Positions 28,173 through 38,760 of a stretch of 64,000 nucleotides of DNA are shown here, in pieces; position 1 is the stretch's first letter; each line of letters begins with the position of its first letter. Below the pieces are notes generated by a model. The model did not search any database and was not told the DNA's origin. It saw only the letters and a list, made by a program, of their open reading frames with translations. Position numbers and translations under genes: made by a program. The stretch lies in IMG/VR virus record IMGVR_UViG_3300023199_000204, positions 1-64,000 of that record; one strand, 5' to 3'.

Positions 28173-29324
28173 ATGTCAACACTTAAACTAACAATTACTG
28201 TATCAGATATAAGTGATGTAATTTCTTTATATGATAAGATACAAATTCAAAGGTCTGAATCGGGCCCACCATATTCAGATGCTGTTGATATAACATCTTC
28301 TGCTTCTACTTCCGCAACTCTTTCCAGTGAGTTAAATGGCCCATATAATATAAACGGGCAAACTTTATCTTTTAAAATAAATGGAGGCAACACTCAAACT
28401 TTAACCTTTACTTCATCAAACCCTGTTTCATCTACAGCGGCTGCTTCTGAATTTACGACATTTGCCTCTGGAGCCACAGCTTCTGGAGCACTTGGAAACT
28501 TTATTATGACAACTGCTTTGACTGGAACTGGTTCTTCTATAGAAGTAATAGGAGGAACTGCTTTAACTGAATTAGGATTTGATGCCGGAGATAAAGATAC
28601 GGGTGAAAACTCTGAAATAACTTTAGTTGCGAACACTTCAACTTATGAGTTCACTGACAGCAGTGGAAGTGAAAATTACTATTATAGAACAAGATACTAC
28701 AACTCTTCAACAGATGCTGTTAGCTGTTATTCTGATTGGATTCAAGGTGCTGACATAAGTGCTGATTTAGAAATTGGTGACGCTCCAATATACGCCTGGA
28801 CTCAAGATGAAATATGTGGAATTAATATATTGCTGAAACAGTTAAAAGCCAGACTAAAAAGTGATGGATTGGCAGAAACTATTGATGAGTATGGAAACAT
28901 AGAATTATCAAATTGTCCAATATTTACAGATGATGAATTAGTATGTTTCTTACAAAACAGTTTAAGTGAGTTTAATCAAACGCCACATTTTACTAGTTTT
29001 ACGTTTGCGGACCAGGTTATTTATGACAGATATGCTCATATTATTGTAGAAGGTGCTTTTATATTAGCAACAGGGGCACAAATGTTAATTGAAGCGGGAA
29101 GAGAGTTTACAATTACAGATAATGGAATTACTATGAATCCGCCACCATTATCTAATGTTCTAAATAATCAACTTGGACATTTTGTTACAAGGCACACACA
29201 AGCTTTAGAAAAGATTAAATGGAGTATTAAACCAAAACCAACGGGATTTGGAAGCTTCAGGGTACTTGCTTCAAATCCAAATTATCTTCGTCTACGGCAC
29301 CTAAGGCAAAGGAGAATTATATAG
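28173..29324 (+). CDS. Neck/head-tail adaptor protein with N-terminal Ig-like extension
   Basis: C-terminal FTDDEL..FL..SLSEFN.TP..IIVEGA..LIEAGREF.ITDNGI helical connector-like domain; synteny. Confidence 0.55.
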   Translation: MSTLKLTITVSDISDVISLYDKIQIQRSESGPPYSDAVDITSSASTSATLSSELNGPYNINGQTLSFKINGGNTQTLTFTSSNPVSSTAAASEFTTFASGATASGALGNFIMTTALTGTGSSIEVIGGTALTELGFDAGDKDTGENSEITLVANTSTYEFTDSSGSENYYYRTRYYNSSTDAVSCYSDWIQGADISADLEIGDAPIYAWTQDEICGINILLKQLKARLKSDGLAETIDEYGNIELSNCPIFTDDELVCFLQNSLSEFNQTPHFTSFTFADQVIYDRYAHIIVEGAFILATGAQMLIEAGREFTITDNGITMNPPPLSNVLNNQLGHFVTRHTQALEKIKWSIKPKPTGFGSFRVLASNPNYLRLRHLRQRRII

Positions 29325-30439
29325 TGAAAGAAGAGTGTCCAGTTTGCGGTAGAAAAAGTAAAACAAAAACAGGTGTAAGTAGTCATTTATTCAAATGTAA
29401 AGATGAAAAACATATAAATTATATAGAAAATATGAATAAAACTATAATAAATAATTTTTCTATAATGAAATCTCCATATGAATTAGATGTATATTGTTCT
29501 CCATATTATATTAGGAAGATATGGGATACAATTCCAGAAAATAAAGATAGAAAAAAATTAGCTAACTCTACATCTTTAAAAAAGCAGTGGAAAAAAGGAA
29601 CAAGGACTGTTCCAAAGGGATTAACTAATAAAAATTATAAATATAGTTTAAATCACAAACATACTATTAGTGAAACAGCCAAAAATACTATAATAGAATT
29701 ATTTAATTCCAATCTTACATCAAAAGAAATTTCTATTAAAGCCAGTTGTGATGTTAAAACTGTTATTCCTGTTTTTAGAAGATATTTTAGTGACGAAGAG
29801 GTAGATGAACGAATTAAGAGAATTTTAAAATTAGCAAGCATTAAATCTGGAGTGTCAAATAGTTTAAAGGTAAAGTTCCCTGAAAAATACAAAAATATTG
29901 TAAAAGAATTTAATGATACTAATGGGTTAAAAACAATAGCAGAAAAATATAAAACGGGAACAGGGGCAGTTAAGAAGATATGGATAGAAAAATTTGGAAA
30001 AAAGGCATATGAAGGCCGTCTTGCTATGATGTTAAAATTACAAAAAGAGAGGGCAGGGAAATCTCTTAAAAAGGCAAAATTCTTAGGTTCTAAAAATGAA
30101 AGACTATGTTATAGTCTTTTAAAAGAGAGTATAGAGTATAATGTAAAACATCACGATTATAGTGTAGTTCCCAGATTAGAAATAGATATAACAATTCCTG
30201 ATCTTAAAATCGCCATTTGTTGGGATGGAATAGGGCATAGGAAACCGGTTTTTGGGAAAAAGCCTTATAATAAAGTAGTTAAAAATGATAAAATAAGAAA
30301 ATTAATACTTGATAGAAAAAAATGGACACATATTTCTGTTGTTGATAATGGAAGTCATAACAAGGAATTTGTTAAAGAAAAAGTCAAAGATATTATAAAA
30401 ATTATAAATGATGGAAATCAACAGTATATTGAAATATAG
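29324..30439 (+). CDS. HTH plus DUF559/Vsr-like endonuclease (putative homing endonuclease)
   Basis: SKNE..EIDITIPDLKIAICWDGIGH..D; N-terminal CxxC..H. Confidence 0.7.
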   Translation: MKEECPVCGRKSKTKTGVSSHLFKCKDEKHINYIENMNKTIINNFSIMKSPYELDVYCSPYYIRKIWDTIPENKDRKKLANSTSLKKQWKKGTRTVPKGLTNKNYKYSLNHKHTISETAKNTIIELFNSNLTSKEISIKASCDVKTVIPVFRRYFSDEEVDERIKRILKLASIKSGVSNSLKVKFPEKYKNIVKEFNDTNGLKTIAEKYKTGTGAVKKIWIEKFGKKAYEGRLAMMLKLQKERAGKSLKKAKFLGSKNERLCYSLLKESIEYNVKHHDYSVVPRLEIDITIPDLKIAICWDGIGHRKPVFGKKPYNKVVKNDKIRKLILDRKKWTHISVVDNGSHNKEFVKEKVKDIIKIINDGNQQYIEI

Positions 30440-30539
30440 CATCAGTTATAGAACTCTGGGTGCTGTGTATAATATTTTCCTTTGCTGCTGTTATTAGTTA
30501 CTTAACAGGACGGAGGAAATTTTCAAGAAAGGAGATAGA

Positions 30540-30794
30540 ATGGTTTTAAAGAAAAATATAGCATATATAGGAATTAAAGAACCTGCGACAGTCGAAGAAG
30601 TTAATGTTGAAATTTGCGGGCTTAAAACAGTAATAATGACCGCACAGGAAATGATTGCCAGGCTTGAGCAGGCAGTTGCTCTGATGGAAATGGACAAAAA
30701 GAAAAAACAAGCTGAAGAGCAGGAGCCAGAAAATGAATTACAAAGCGAAGGCAAATTAGAGGAGATGCGTTCAGAAACTAAAGATGGTTCCTAA
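30540..30794 (+). CDS. Hypothetical protein
   Basis: AAGGAG RBS. Confidence 0.55.
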   Translation: MVLKKNIAYIGIKEPATVEEVNVEICGLKTVIMTAQEMIARLEQAVALMEMDKKKKQAEEQEPENELQSEGKLEEMRSETKDGS

Positions 30795-31754
30795 AAAAGA
30801 GAAAGAGTTTATAGAATTGTTTTATAGTAATATGTCTTTAAAAGATATGGAAAACACATATGGAGTTGACCAAAGGAAAATTAGAGGAATTTGGAGACAA
30901 AAATTCGGAAACGAGATGGTTAAAAATCGTGGCAAAAGTATAACTTCTAATAAAGTTAAGAATAGTAAAGAATTAAATAATGATATTATAAATAATATAT
31001 ACTTCCTTTCCGAAAAGCATAGTACAAAAGAGGTTGCTAAAAAACTTAATATATCCAAAAGTGTTGTTAATAAATATTTATCTAAAAATAAAAAAGTATT
31101 ATATAAAATTAAAGAGAGAAATATAGAGAACTCTCGTGTTAGAATGAAAGAGCTGAGGAAAAACAGTGTTAAACAACCTAAAACGCTAAGTGAAGGGAAA
31201 ATTGAATCCATAATTAAAGAGTTTAGTTCAAATTTACTGCTTATTGATATATCAAGAAAAAAATAATGTTTGTGTGAGCACAGTTTGTAATATATTTATT
31301 AATAAATATGGAAAAGATGCTCATATGGCGAGGGTAAAAAGATTAAAAGATATAAGAATTAAAAGAATTTTTAAGGCATTGGAGAAGGCAGGAAAGCTTG
31401 GTTCTAAACCAGAAAGAGAGTTTTATAAAAAAATAAATAGTAAACTTAATATTAATGTAAAACATCACGATTATGATTTAATACCTCCTTTTGAAATAGA
31501 TATTACAATTCCAAAATATAAAATTGCTATATTTTGGGATGGAATAGGACACTATAAACCTATTTTTGGTGAAAATATATTTAAGCAAGTTGTATATAGA
31601 GATAAATTTAAAAGAAAAAAAACTTAAAACATTGGGGTGGGGATACTTTTAAGTAAAAGATTTAAATAATAAAGTTAAAGAAGCATTTTTAAACAAACAA
31701 TTTAATAATTTACTTAAAAAATTTCCTATATTAAAAAATGAACTATCAGGTTAA
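30784..31754 (+). pseudogene. Disrupted paralog of the 29324 endonuclease
   Basis: Shares GSK.E, NVKHHDY and EIDITIP..KIAI.WDGIGH.KP.FG. +1 at A7 31257-31263, +1 at A8 31615-31622 and in-frame TAA at 31650. Confidence 0.75.
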
Positions 31755-32217
31755 AGCAAAGCAAAGGCGATTAATTCAAAAACTAAAGATGGCTCTAAAA
31801 AAAGAAAAAGAGTTTATAGAAAAATGCGAAAAATATGATCGTAGACCAAATTTTATAGATGATGTTAAAGTTTCGTTTCAGCCTTTGGACGTATCAGCGA
31901 AAACAATTAATGGAGAGATAATTTTAAATGAGAGCCTTTTAGAAAAAGACTGGGTAGAGCAAATGAGGTATTTGTTACACGAATCTACCCACGTTTTACA
32001 ACAAGAAGCGGGACAAGTTAATGGAAAGGTTGATAAAGATAATTATCTTGATGACGAAAATGAACAAGAAGCTTTTCAAGCACAAATTTCTTTTCAAAAT
32101 AAACATGAAGGACCTGAAGAGGTTCAAGAATATATAGAAAACTTATTAGATCATCACGACATAAAAGGAAAGGAGAGAAAAGAGAAAGAAAAAATGCTAA
32201 CTGAAGAAGTTAAGTAA
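31738..32217 (+). CDS. Zincin-like (HExxH) putative metallopeptidase
   Basis: LLHESTHVLQ plus downstream E.EAF. Confidence 0.55.
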   Translation: MNYQVKAKQRRLIQKLKMALKKEKEFIEKCEKYDRRPNFIDDVKVSFQPLDVSAKTINGEIILNESLLEKDWVEQMRYLLHESTHVLQQEAGQVNGKVDKDNYLDDENEQEAFQAQISFQNKHEGPEEVQEYIENLLDHHDIKGKERKEKEKMLTEEVK

Positions 32218-32228
32218 AATGGAGTAAA

Positions 32229-34241
32229 ATGGCACAATTTACCAATTTTTTTCCTACATTTGGGCAAACAGATATTCCTAAAACAACAACAGTTAGTTAT
32301 ACCATATTAACTGATGGCTACGATGGTGCTCAAATTGGAACACTTTCTACTATAATAGATGGCTATCAGGTAATAGAAAATGGAGCATTTGTTAATGGAT
32401 ATTCTGGGAATATATTTTCTAGTACTGGAAAATATGTTGTTGGAGTTTATCCAAAATCTCCTGATTTTCTAGGCGGAGCAAAGGCAATAAGTGTTGAACT
32501 AGAAGTTCTTGACTCGTATGGAAGTCTTGATGCCTATAGCTATACCTTTTATACAGCTGGATATGGAGTTGCTGAAGAGGTGGTGGAGAGCCCTCCTTTA
32601 ACAAACAGAGCTTGCCAGTATAAACCATTTTTTCCTTCTACAGATTTAGGATTGGTTGCCGCTTTAGATTCCGGAATAGGAACAGAGGTGGAACTAACCT
32701 GGAAACAAGCACATCCTTATGATGAAGATAATGTAGTTTACTATAATATAAGATTCAATACAGATAGATCGTTGGTTTTAAATAGTGATCCAATATTTAT
32801 TGTTTCTGATGTGGAAGCAACTATTGCTGGTTTATGTCCTGGAGATACGAATTATTTTAACTTAAAAGCAGTAGAGTTTGATCCTACATTACTTACAACT
32901 GATGGTATGACTCAGGGCGGAACAAATATGTTCTTTTACCCTGAAAGTGTGGTCGATTTAGAAGTTGCCATTGATGATTTATTGATTCCAGGATCTACGG
33001 ATGGATTTCCTGATTATGGAATTCTGGATATTGGAACAGAGCTTATTAGATATGTTTCTAAATCTGTAATTCCAGAAGGATTTGTTATATCCTCAAATGG
33101 AAGGGGCTATGGAGATACATTAGCTGAAGAACACTCAGAAAATGATCAAATTAAGTTATATTTTGGAATAGAGGACGGCAATACAATTGTGGTACAAGCC
33201 ACTCCAACTTTTACAAAGCCAAACGATCAAGTAACTTGGGTTAAAATTGATGGTTATGGAAATGATGGATATAGAGATGGTTATGATGGATATGATAAAG
33301 TTTATTCTGGTGGACCCAATGCCTATAGATTATTTGATGGATATGATGGATATTATAGGTATAGACAAGAAGAGTTTGATAATATAACAACAGATGGGAC
33401 CAATAATGATTCTTTAGGAGATTTTAAAAGATTTGATTATTGTGGCACTTATAGAAGATTATCTCCGGCAAGTTTTATGCAGGGTCAGTGTTCTGGGTCA
33501 TATTGGGGCGGAGTTCAGTTGAAAAATGGTAATAGGGTAAGAGTTCCTGATTTAACCACTCATATATTACAGAGAGAGGAGCTTCTTCTTGAGACTACAG
33601 GAGAGCCTTTTATTTTATTAAGAAGAATGTGGACAGGAATAAGATGTGCTTGTATGATGAGTAGAAGAGAGCATTCAGACGCAAGGTGCTCGATCTGCTA
33701 TGGCACAGGTTTTGTTCAAGGGTATACGCAATTCTTTAACCCAAGAAGACCAGATAGAAGAATTCTTGTAAGCATAGATCCTGCGACAGATGATGTACAA
33801 ATAGTGGATAGAGGTGGTTTGGAGCCAGTATACGAGCCAGATGGCTGGACACTACCATTTCCATCGATAAAAGACAGAGATGTTGTAATTAGGTTTAATG
33901 AGAATGGAACTGTTGAATATAGATATGAAGTTCTTAATGTAACTAGAGTTAGAAATGTTTTTAGTACCTCTGGTGCTCAAAAGATAAAATTTAAAAGATT
34001 TCCTGTTACAGATATAATATATCAATTCCCTATAGTTGGAGACACTTCTCCAGCACCAGAGGGTTTAACTACCTCTACTAATATTGCTCCAGGTTTACCT
34101 GCTCATAGTCACGATATTATTATACCTAATGGAGCAGATATAAATACTATAAGAATAGCAACATTGCTTTCTGAAGGGCACAACCATACAATTATCAATG
34201 GAGTTGTTATGCCTGTTCTAGGGCACACTCATACGATATAA
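32229..34241 (+). CDS. Neck/head-closure-like protein with FN3/Ig-like N-terminus, a DGY cluster and a His-rich tail
   Basis: TGEP..LLRR.WTG.RC.C...C..CYGTG and WTL..P.IKDRD..RYEV..VTR (stopper-like); VELTW..YYNI..YFNLKAV (FN3-like); HSH/HNH/HTH tail. Confidence 0.55.
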   Translation: MAQFTNFFPTFGQTDIPKTTTVSYTILTDGYDGAQIGTLSTIIDGYQVIENGAFVNGYSGNIFSSTGKYVVGVYPKSPDFLGGAKAISVELEVLDSYGSLDAYSYTFYTAGYGVAEEVVESPPLTNRACQYKPFFPSTDLGLVAALDSGIGTEVELTWKQAHPYDEDNVVYYNIRFNTDRSLVLNSDPIFIVSDVEATIAGLCPGDTNYFNLKAVEFDPTLLTTDGMTQGGTNMFFYPESVVDLEVAIDDLLIPGSTDGFPDYGILDIGTELIRYVSKSVIPEGFVISSNGRGYGDTLAEEHSENDQIKLYFGIEDGNTIVVQATPTFTKPNDQVTWVKIDGYGNDGYRDGYDGYDKVYSGGPNAYRLFDGYDGYYRYRQEEFDNITTDGTNNDSLGDFKRFDYCGTYRRLSPASFMQGQCSGSYWGGVQLKNGNRVRVPDLTTHILQREELLLETTGEPFILLRRMWTGIRCACMMSRREHSDARCSICYGTGFVQGYTQFFNPRRPDRRILVSIDPATDDVQIVDRGGLEPVYEPDGWTLPFPSIKDRDVVIRFNENGTVEYRYEVLNVTRVRNVFSTSGAQKIKFKRFPVTDIIYQFPIVGDTSPAPEGLTTSTNIAPGLPAHSHDIIIPNGADINTIRIATLLSEGHNHTIINGVVMPVLGHTHTI

Positions 34242-34250
34242 AGGAAGAAA

Positions 34251-35303
34251 ATGAAAAGAACAAGTAAAGAAATAGAAAACAAAGTAGTTGAGATGTACAA
34301 AAGTGGTTTATCTTATAGAAAAATTTCAGAAATAACTGATATTAAATTACACGTAATAAGAAAAATAGTAAAACAAAGTGATACTATTGTATCTACACCA
34401 GGATTTAAAAAAAAATATAATTATGATGAAATCATAAATATTTATAAAAATGGAAAGACAATTAAAGAAGTATCGATTGCTACTGGGGCGTCATTCTCGT
34501 GTGTAACAAATATACTAAAATCTAAAAATGTGCCGTTACGCAGGAAAGTTAATTTTAATAAAGATGATATTGTAAATTTATATTTATCTGGGCATAGTAT
34601 AAAATTTATTTCTCAAAAATTAAAATTACCTAAAACTAATATAGCACGTAGAGTAAAAAGATATGGAATAAGTAGGTCAATTTCACAGGCGAAAAGAAAT
34701 GAGCAAATTAATCATAAATGTTTCAAAGAATACAATATTAACTCTGCTTACTGGGCTGGATTTTTAGCGGCAGATGGTAGCATTAGAAAGAAAGGGGGAG
34801 TTAGACTAGCACTTCAAAAACGCGATATTGGACATCTTAAAAAATTTGGTGAATTTATTAATTATAATAAAATTAAATTATACAGTAATACCCCCGAGAT
34901 TGTTTTTGGCTCAAAAGAAATAGAAAAAGATTTAGAGTTTAACTTTAACATAATAAATAATAAAGTTTATATTTTAAATCCCCCTTCACAAATTAATAAA
35001 AATTTTATTTCTCATTTCATAAGGGGCTATTTGGACGGAGATGGGTGTATTCACAAGACAAAGTGTAAAATAAGTTTCGCTGGAACATATATGATGCTTT
35101 GTTGGATAAAAGAAAATATTAAACTATTTGTGGAAGAAGCTAAAAACCCAAGTGTTTTGCCTCAAAAGCAATCTAAATATACTTATACATTGACTTTTAA
35201 TGGTAAGATTCAATCTAGAAAAATAGTTAAGTGGTTATATGAAGGTTCTACAGAAAACACAAGGTTAGATAGAAAATACGAGATAGCAAAAAATTATATG
35301 TGA
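34251..35303 (+). CDS. LAGLIDADG homing endonuclease with three HTH repeats
   Basis: YWAGFLAADG, FIRGYLDGDG and LDRK motifs. Confidence 0.9.
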   Translation: MKRTSKEIENKVVEMYKSGLSYRKISEITDIKLHVIRKIVKQSDTIVSTPGFKKKYNYDEIINIYKNGKTIKEVSIATGASFSCVTNILKSKNVPLRRKVNFNKDDIVNLYLSGHSIKFISQKLKLPKTNIARRVKRYGISRSISQAKRNEQINHKCFKEYNINSAYWAGFLAADGSIRKKGGVRLALQKRDIGHLKKFGEFINYNKIKLYSNTPEIVFGSKEIEKDLEFNFNIINNKVYILNPPSQINKNFISHFIRGYLDGDGCIHKTKCKISFAGTYMMLCWIKENIKLFVEEAKNPSVLPQKQSKYTYTLTFNGKIQSRKIVKWLYEGSTENTRLDRKYEIAKNYM

Positions 35304-35307
35304 TTTA

Positions 35308-36082
35308 ATGAATATATTTCAAATGATAGGGTTAGAGAGAACTGGGACAAATTATTTACAATGGCTAATTGTAAATAATTTTAAAGACTGTATTATAATA
35401 GCGATAGGGAAGCATTCAGCACGCATGCCAACTCATTTAAGCCTTGGTGAAAAAGAGTTTATTGATTTTTTTCAATATAGAATATAAAAGTTATGCTTCA
35501 TATTTACATTGTAGTAAAAATATTAAAGACCCTGGTATATTAAAGAACGGAATTATTAAAATTCCAAGTAAATTTATTATATCAAGTTTAAAAGAAAATA
35601 GAAATAATATTAATTATATTATAAATGTTAGAGAGCCCATTGCTTGTGCATTGGGAATGAATAATGCTTAGAAATATAGAAAAATAATAGATAATATAAA
35701 ATCTTGGAATAAATTCTATTCAAAATGGCATATAATGATGAAAGACGCGGATAATTCGATATTTATAAAAAATGAAGATTGTATGCGTGATTATAAAAAA
35801 GAACTTATGAAAATAAAAGAAAAGTTCAATCTTGAAGTAATTAATAATGATTTTATTACGACTGATAAGGTTATAAACTTCTCTATGAGAGAAACTTCTT
35901 ACGAGAGTTGTAAAAAGGCGGCAGAGGGAAATAATTCAATTTATTCATTTAAGCCTCACACCAATGGTTTTGATAATAATTATTTTTTAGATAAAAAATA
36001 TTTAGCTAGGCTAAAAGAAAAAGAAATTAAAGAATTAGAAAATCTTATTAATAAAGAAGTTAAGAATATTTTTAAATACTAA
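35308..36082 (+). pseudogene. Sulfotransferase-like gene disrupted by +1 (T7 35466-35472) and in-frame TAG (35669)
   Basis: ATG 35308 reads MNIFQMIGLERTGTNYLQWLIVNNF (5'-PSB-like loop); later YIINVREP (3'-PB-like) and IFIKNED; the pieces join into one ~258-codon frame. Confidence 0.6.
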
Positions 36083-36099
36083 TTTTAAGAGGTTTATAT

Positions 36100-38700
36100 A
36101 TGGCAACAAATTATCCAAACGCAATAGACGGATATTCTGAAATAAGAGAGGTTGTAGATAGGCGAGACGAGATTCTGGCATCGGACCATAATGATCTTCG
36201 CAGTGCTATTATATCTATTGAGCAAACTCTTGGACAAAATCCACAAGGACCGTTTGGAACCGTTGTGGAAAGACTCAATGACGCATATTCTAATATTGAA
36301 GCACATATCGCTGGTGATCCGCCAAGACACATTGACACAGTTATTGATAGTGTTGCTAGAACTGGTGCTCCTTATTCATTATCAATTGGGACTGTTGGTT
36401 CTCAATTAACTTCTTTACTAAGTAGTTTAAACTCTTCAACACTTTATTCTGGCAGTGGTGCGAATACACTTGCTGACGGATATGCTTTACCAGCATCATA
36501 TACGACAAGTGCTATAACTGAAATTATAAGAAGACTTGGGGCTACAGCCGGCTCTGCCGCTATTGGAGCGGATGCTGTTGTCGGATCTCCTTTTTCTTTA
36601 AGTTCTGGTTCTGTAGCTTCTCAAACATCTTCTTTATTAACAAATCTTAATAATACTTCTCTATATACTGGTGGAAGCAGCCCTTATTCTTTCGCAGATT
36701 CTTATGTTCTTGATGAATCATATTTGTCTAGTGGAGTAACCGAAATTGTAAGAAGATTGGGCTCAACTGTAGGGGCAGGTGCAATAGGAGTTGATATTGG
36801 TCCTATGTCAGTAATAAATGTTGCGTCTCCTAGCAATGATATTCAAGACCTATTGAATAATATTGATGCTTATGTAGATACACTTGGAAATGAAGTGACA
36901 ACCGCCAGAACGAGTCCATATTATGGAGCTTTTGATAAATTAGATGATAGGATAGATGTTACTGATGGTTATTTAAACACTTTTGTATCTGTTGGAAATA
37001 CTGGAAAAATGTATACCAGTTTAACAGATGCTATAACTGATTTAAATAACGCCAATGGGGGAACCATAATAGTTGAACCAAATTATTCTTTTACAGTGAC
37101 TACTACTGCCGCAACCCACCCGCCGGCTATTGTAAAGCCAATTAAAATAATAGCTCTTGGTTCTGCTATAATAACTAATTCAAAGGGAAGCGGAGCAGAC
37201 GGATTATTTAAATTTCAATCAGGAAGTGGTGGTTCGGGATTGTTTGGATTGAGTATAGTTGAAGGTGGAACACCTTCGCCAACTGCTATTACTATTGATG
37301 TTAAAAATATTACAATTGAGGATTGTGATATAACTGGTCAAGTTTCGGTTGCCAATGGCGGAGGAATTACTAGAGCATATTTTAGAAATAGTGATTTTTT
37401 GGGAAGTGGTACGCCAAGCGGCAATGCTGCTATTGATTGCTATGGAACTGTCACAGATTTAAAAGTAGAAAATTGTTTTATATCTCCAGGTTCAGAATCA
37501 ATAGCATTTAGGCACCACAATGGAAGATCAGTTCAACTATCTAATTGTTATTTCTCTGCTGGACCTGCTACAGCAATTGATGCTACTGGCGGGGGCTTAA
37601 CTGTTGAAAGAAGTTCTATTGTTTTAACAGCGTTGAATTCTACTAATAAGGGAATAGTTTTTGATAGCCCAAGAGGCAGTTATACAAGAAATATTATTAA
37701 AGATGTAGAAATATATGCTGTGTCAAGTATCACAAATTCAGTTTTAAAGTTATCTGGAGAGGCTTTGGCTCAAAATATTAAAGTTAATTTAGGTGACGCA
37801 ATAGGAAATTATTCTGGATCGTCTGATCAAAATCCAATACAGATTTTAGATAGTGCTATTTTGGATGGGCTAGATTTAGTTGGAGTTAATTTACCAAATT
37901 CCACGGATGATGGGTTTGAAATTGGTGCTAATGAGCCTATAATTATGTTAGATGGATCTGATGGATATAATCAACCAGCTCAACCAGCTACACTTAGAAA
38001 TTCTATAATTTCAGATATGGATGATGGGTTATCTTATGGCACTAGTGCAGTAACTATAATAGGCAGTGTTGGAACTGGAGGGGCCGGAGAGGCGGCCACT
38101 CATTTAAAAAATCCAATATTAATCGAAAATGTAACAGTAATAGGTACTGGTAGAAATGATAATACTAACTATCTAAAGGTCTCTTATGTTGCTAACTTGC
38201 CCGATCATGCTGTTATTAGAAACTGTTTATTTGAGGGAGGCCTTTGGGCATATGGAATAAATGCCGTTGATGCCGACCATTTAGTAATATCAGGAAACAG
38301 ATTTAATTTTAATACTAGTGATGAAGATAGAATTATATCTGCTATTATTTTAACAGGAAATGATGCCAACTCACCAGAGGGATGCTCTATAGAGAATAAT
38401 GAAATCGATGTATACAGGACAGGTGCAAGTGGACAATATATTTTTTGGTTAAATCAAACTTCTGGAACCTCTGGAGATGAAGCAAGATATAACAGAATAT
38501 GTAATAATAAAGTGAGAGTATTTAATAAAACATTTACAACAATGTCTATGATGGTTATAAATAATATAAGGGACTCAATTATTCAAGGAAATATGTTATA
38601 TAAAGGAAATGCCTCAAACGTAGGTTTTAGTTTTCCAGGGACAGAGGTAAATATAGTGCCTGCGGCAGCAAGCATAACTGATCAAAATGTGGTAAGTTAA
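36100..38700 (+). CDS. Tailspike/whisker-like protein: shared N-terminal anchor, internal repeat, right-handed beta-helix
   Basis: YP..ID..V.D...I....N.LRSA...IE..LG..PQG shared with 39036; pectin-lyase-like I.N..F/I repeats. Confidence 0.65.
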   Translation: MATNYPNAIDGYSEIREVVDRRDEILASDHNDLRSAIISIEQTLGQNPQGPFGTVVERLNDAYSNIEAHIAGDPPRHIDTVIDSVARTGAPYSLSIGTVGSQLTSLLSSLNSSTLYSGSGANTLADGYALPASYTTSAITEIIRRLGATAGSAAIGADAVVGSPFSLSSGSVASQTSSLLTNLNNTSLYTGGSSPYSFADSYVLDESYLSSGVTEIVRRLGSTVGAGAIGVDIGPMSVINVASPSNDIQDLLNNIDAYVDTLGNEVTTARTSPYYGAFDKLDDRIDVTDGYLNTFVSVGNTGKMYTSLTDAITDLNNANGGTIIVEPNYSFTVTTTAATHPPAIVKPIKIIALGSAIITNSKGSGADGLFKFQSGSGGSGLFGLSIVEGGTPSPTAITIDVKNITIEDCDITGQVSVANGGGITRAYFRNSDFLGSGTPSGNAAIDCYGTVTDLKVENCFISPGSESIAFRHHNGRSVQLSNCYFSAGPATAIDATGGGLTVERSSIVLTALNSTNKGIVFDSPRGSYTRNIIKDVEIYAVSSITNSVLKLSGEALAQNIKVNLGDAIGNYSGSSDQNPIQILDSAILDGLDLVGVNLPNSTDDGFEIGANEPIIMLDGSDGYNQPAQPATLRNSIISDMDDGLSYGTSAVTIIGSVGTGGAGEAATHLKNPILIENVTVIGTGRNDNTNYLKVSYVANLPDHAVIRNCLFEGGLWAYGINAVDADHLVISGNRFNFNTSDEDRIISAIILTGNDANSPEGCSIENNEIDVYRTGASGQYIFWLNQTSGTSGDEARYNRICNNKVRVFNKTFTTMSMMVINNIRDSIIQGNMLYKGNASNVGFSFPGTEVNIVPAAASITDQNVVS

Positions 38701-38760
38701 AAATGAGAATATTAAAATATTTATTACTGCTTTTGTTAAAAAGTTACAAAAGGAAAAAAA

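Noticed and set aside
30461-30520. TATAAT plus a hairpin before 30540 as a host promoter or riboswitch
   Set aside because: There is no credible -35 or extended -10, and the hairpin is weak; support is insufficient.
14258-35671. Stop-codon reassignment to explain the in-frame stops
   Set aside because: The in-frame stops include both TAA and TAG, co-occur with frameshifts, and all three stops terminate intact core genes. The standard code gives long clean ORFs.
36076-36096. ATACTAAT before 36100 as another promoter copy
   Set aside because: It lacks TAT at the conserved 7-nt spacing and overlaps the upstream stop and the RBS.
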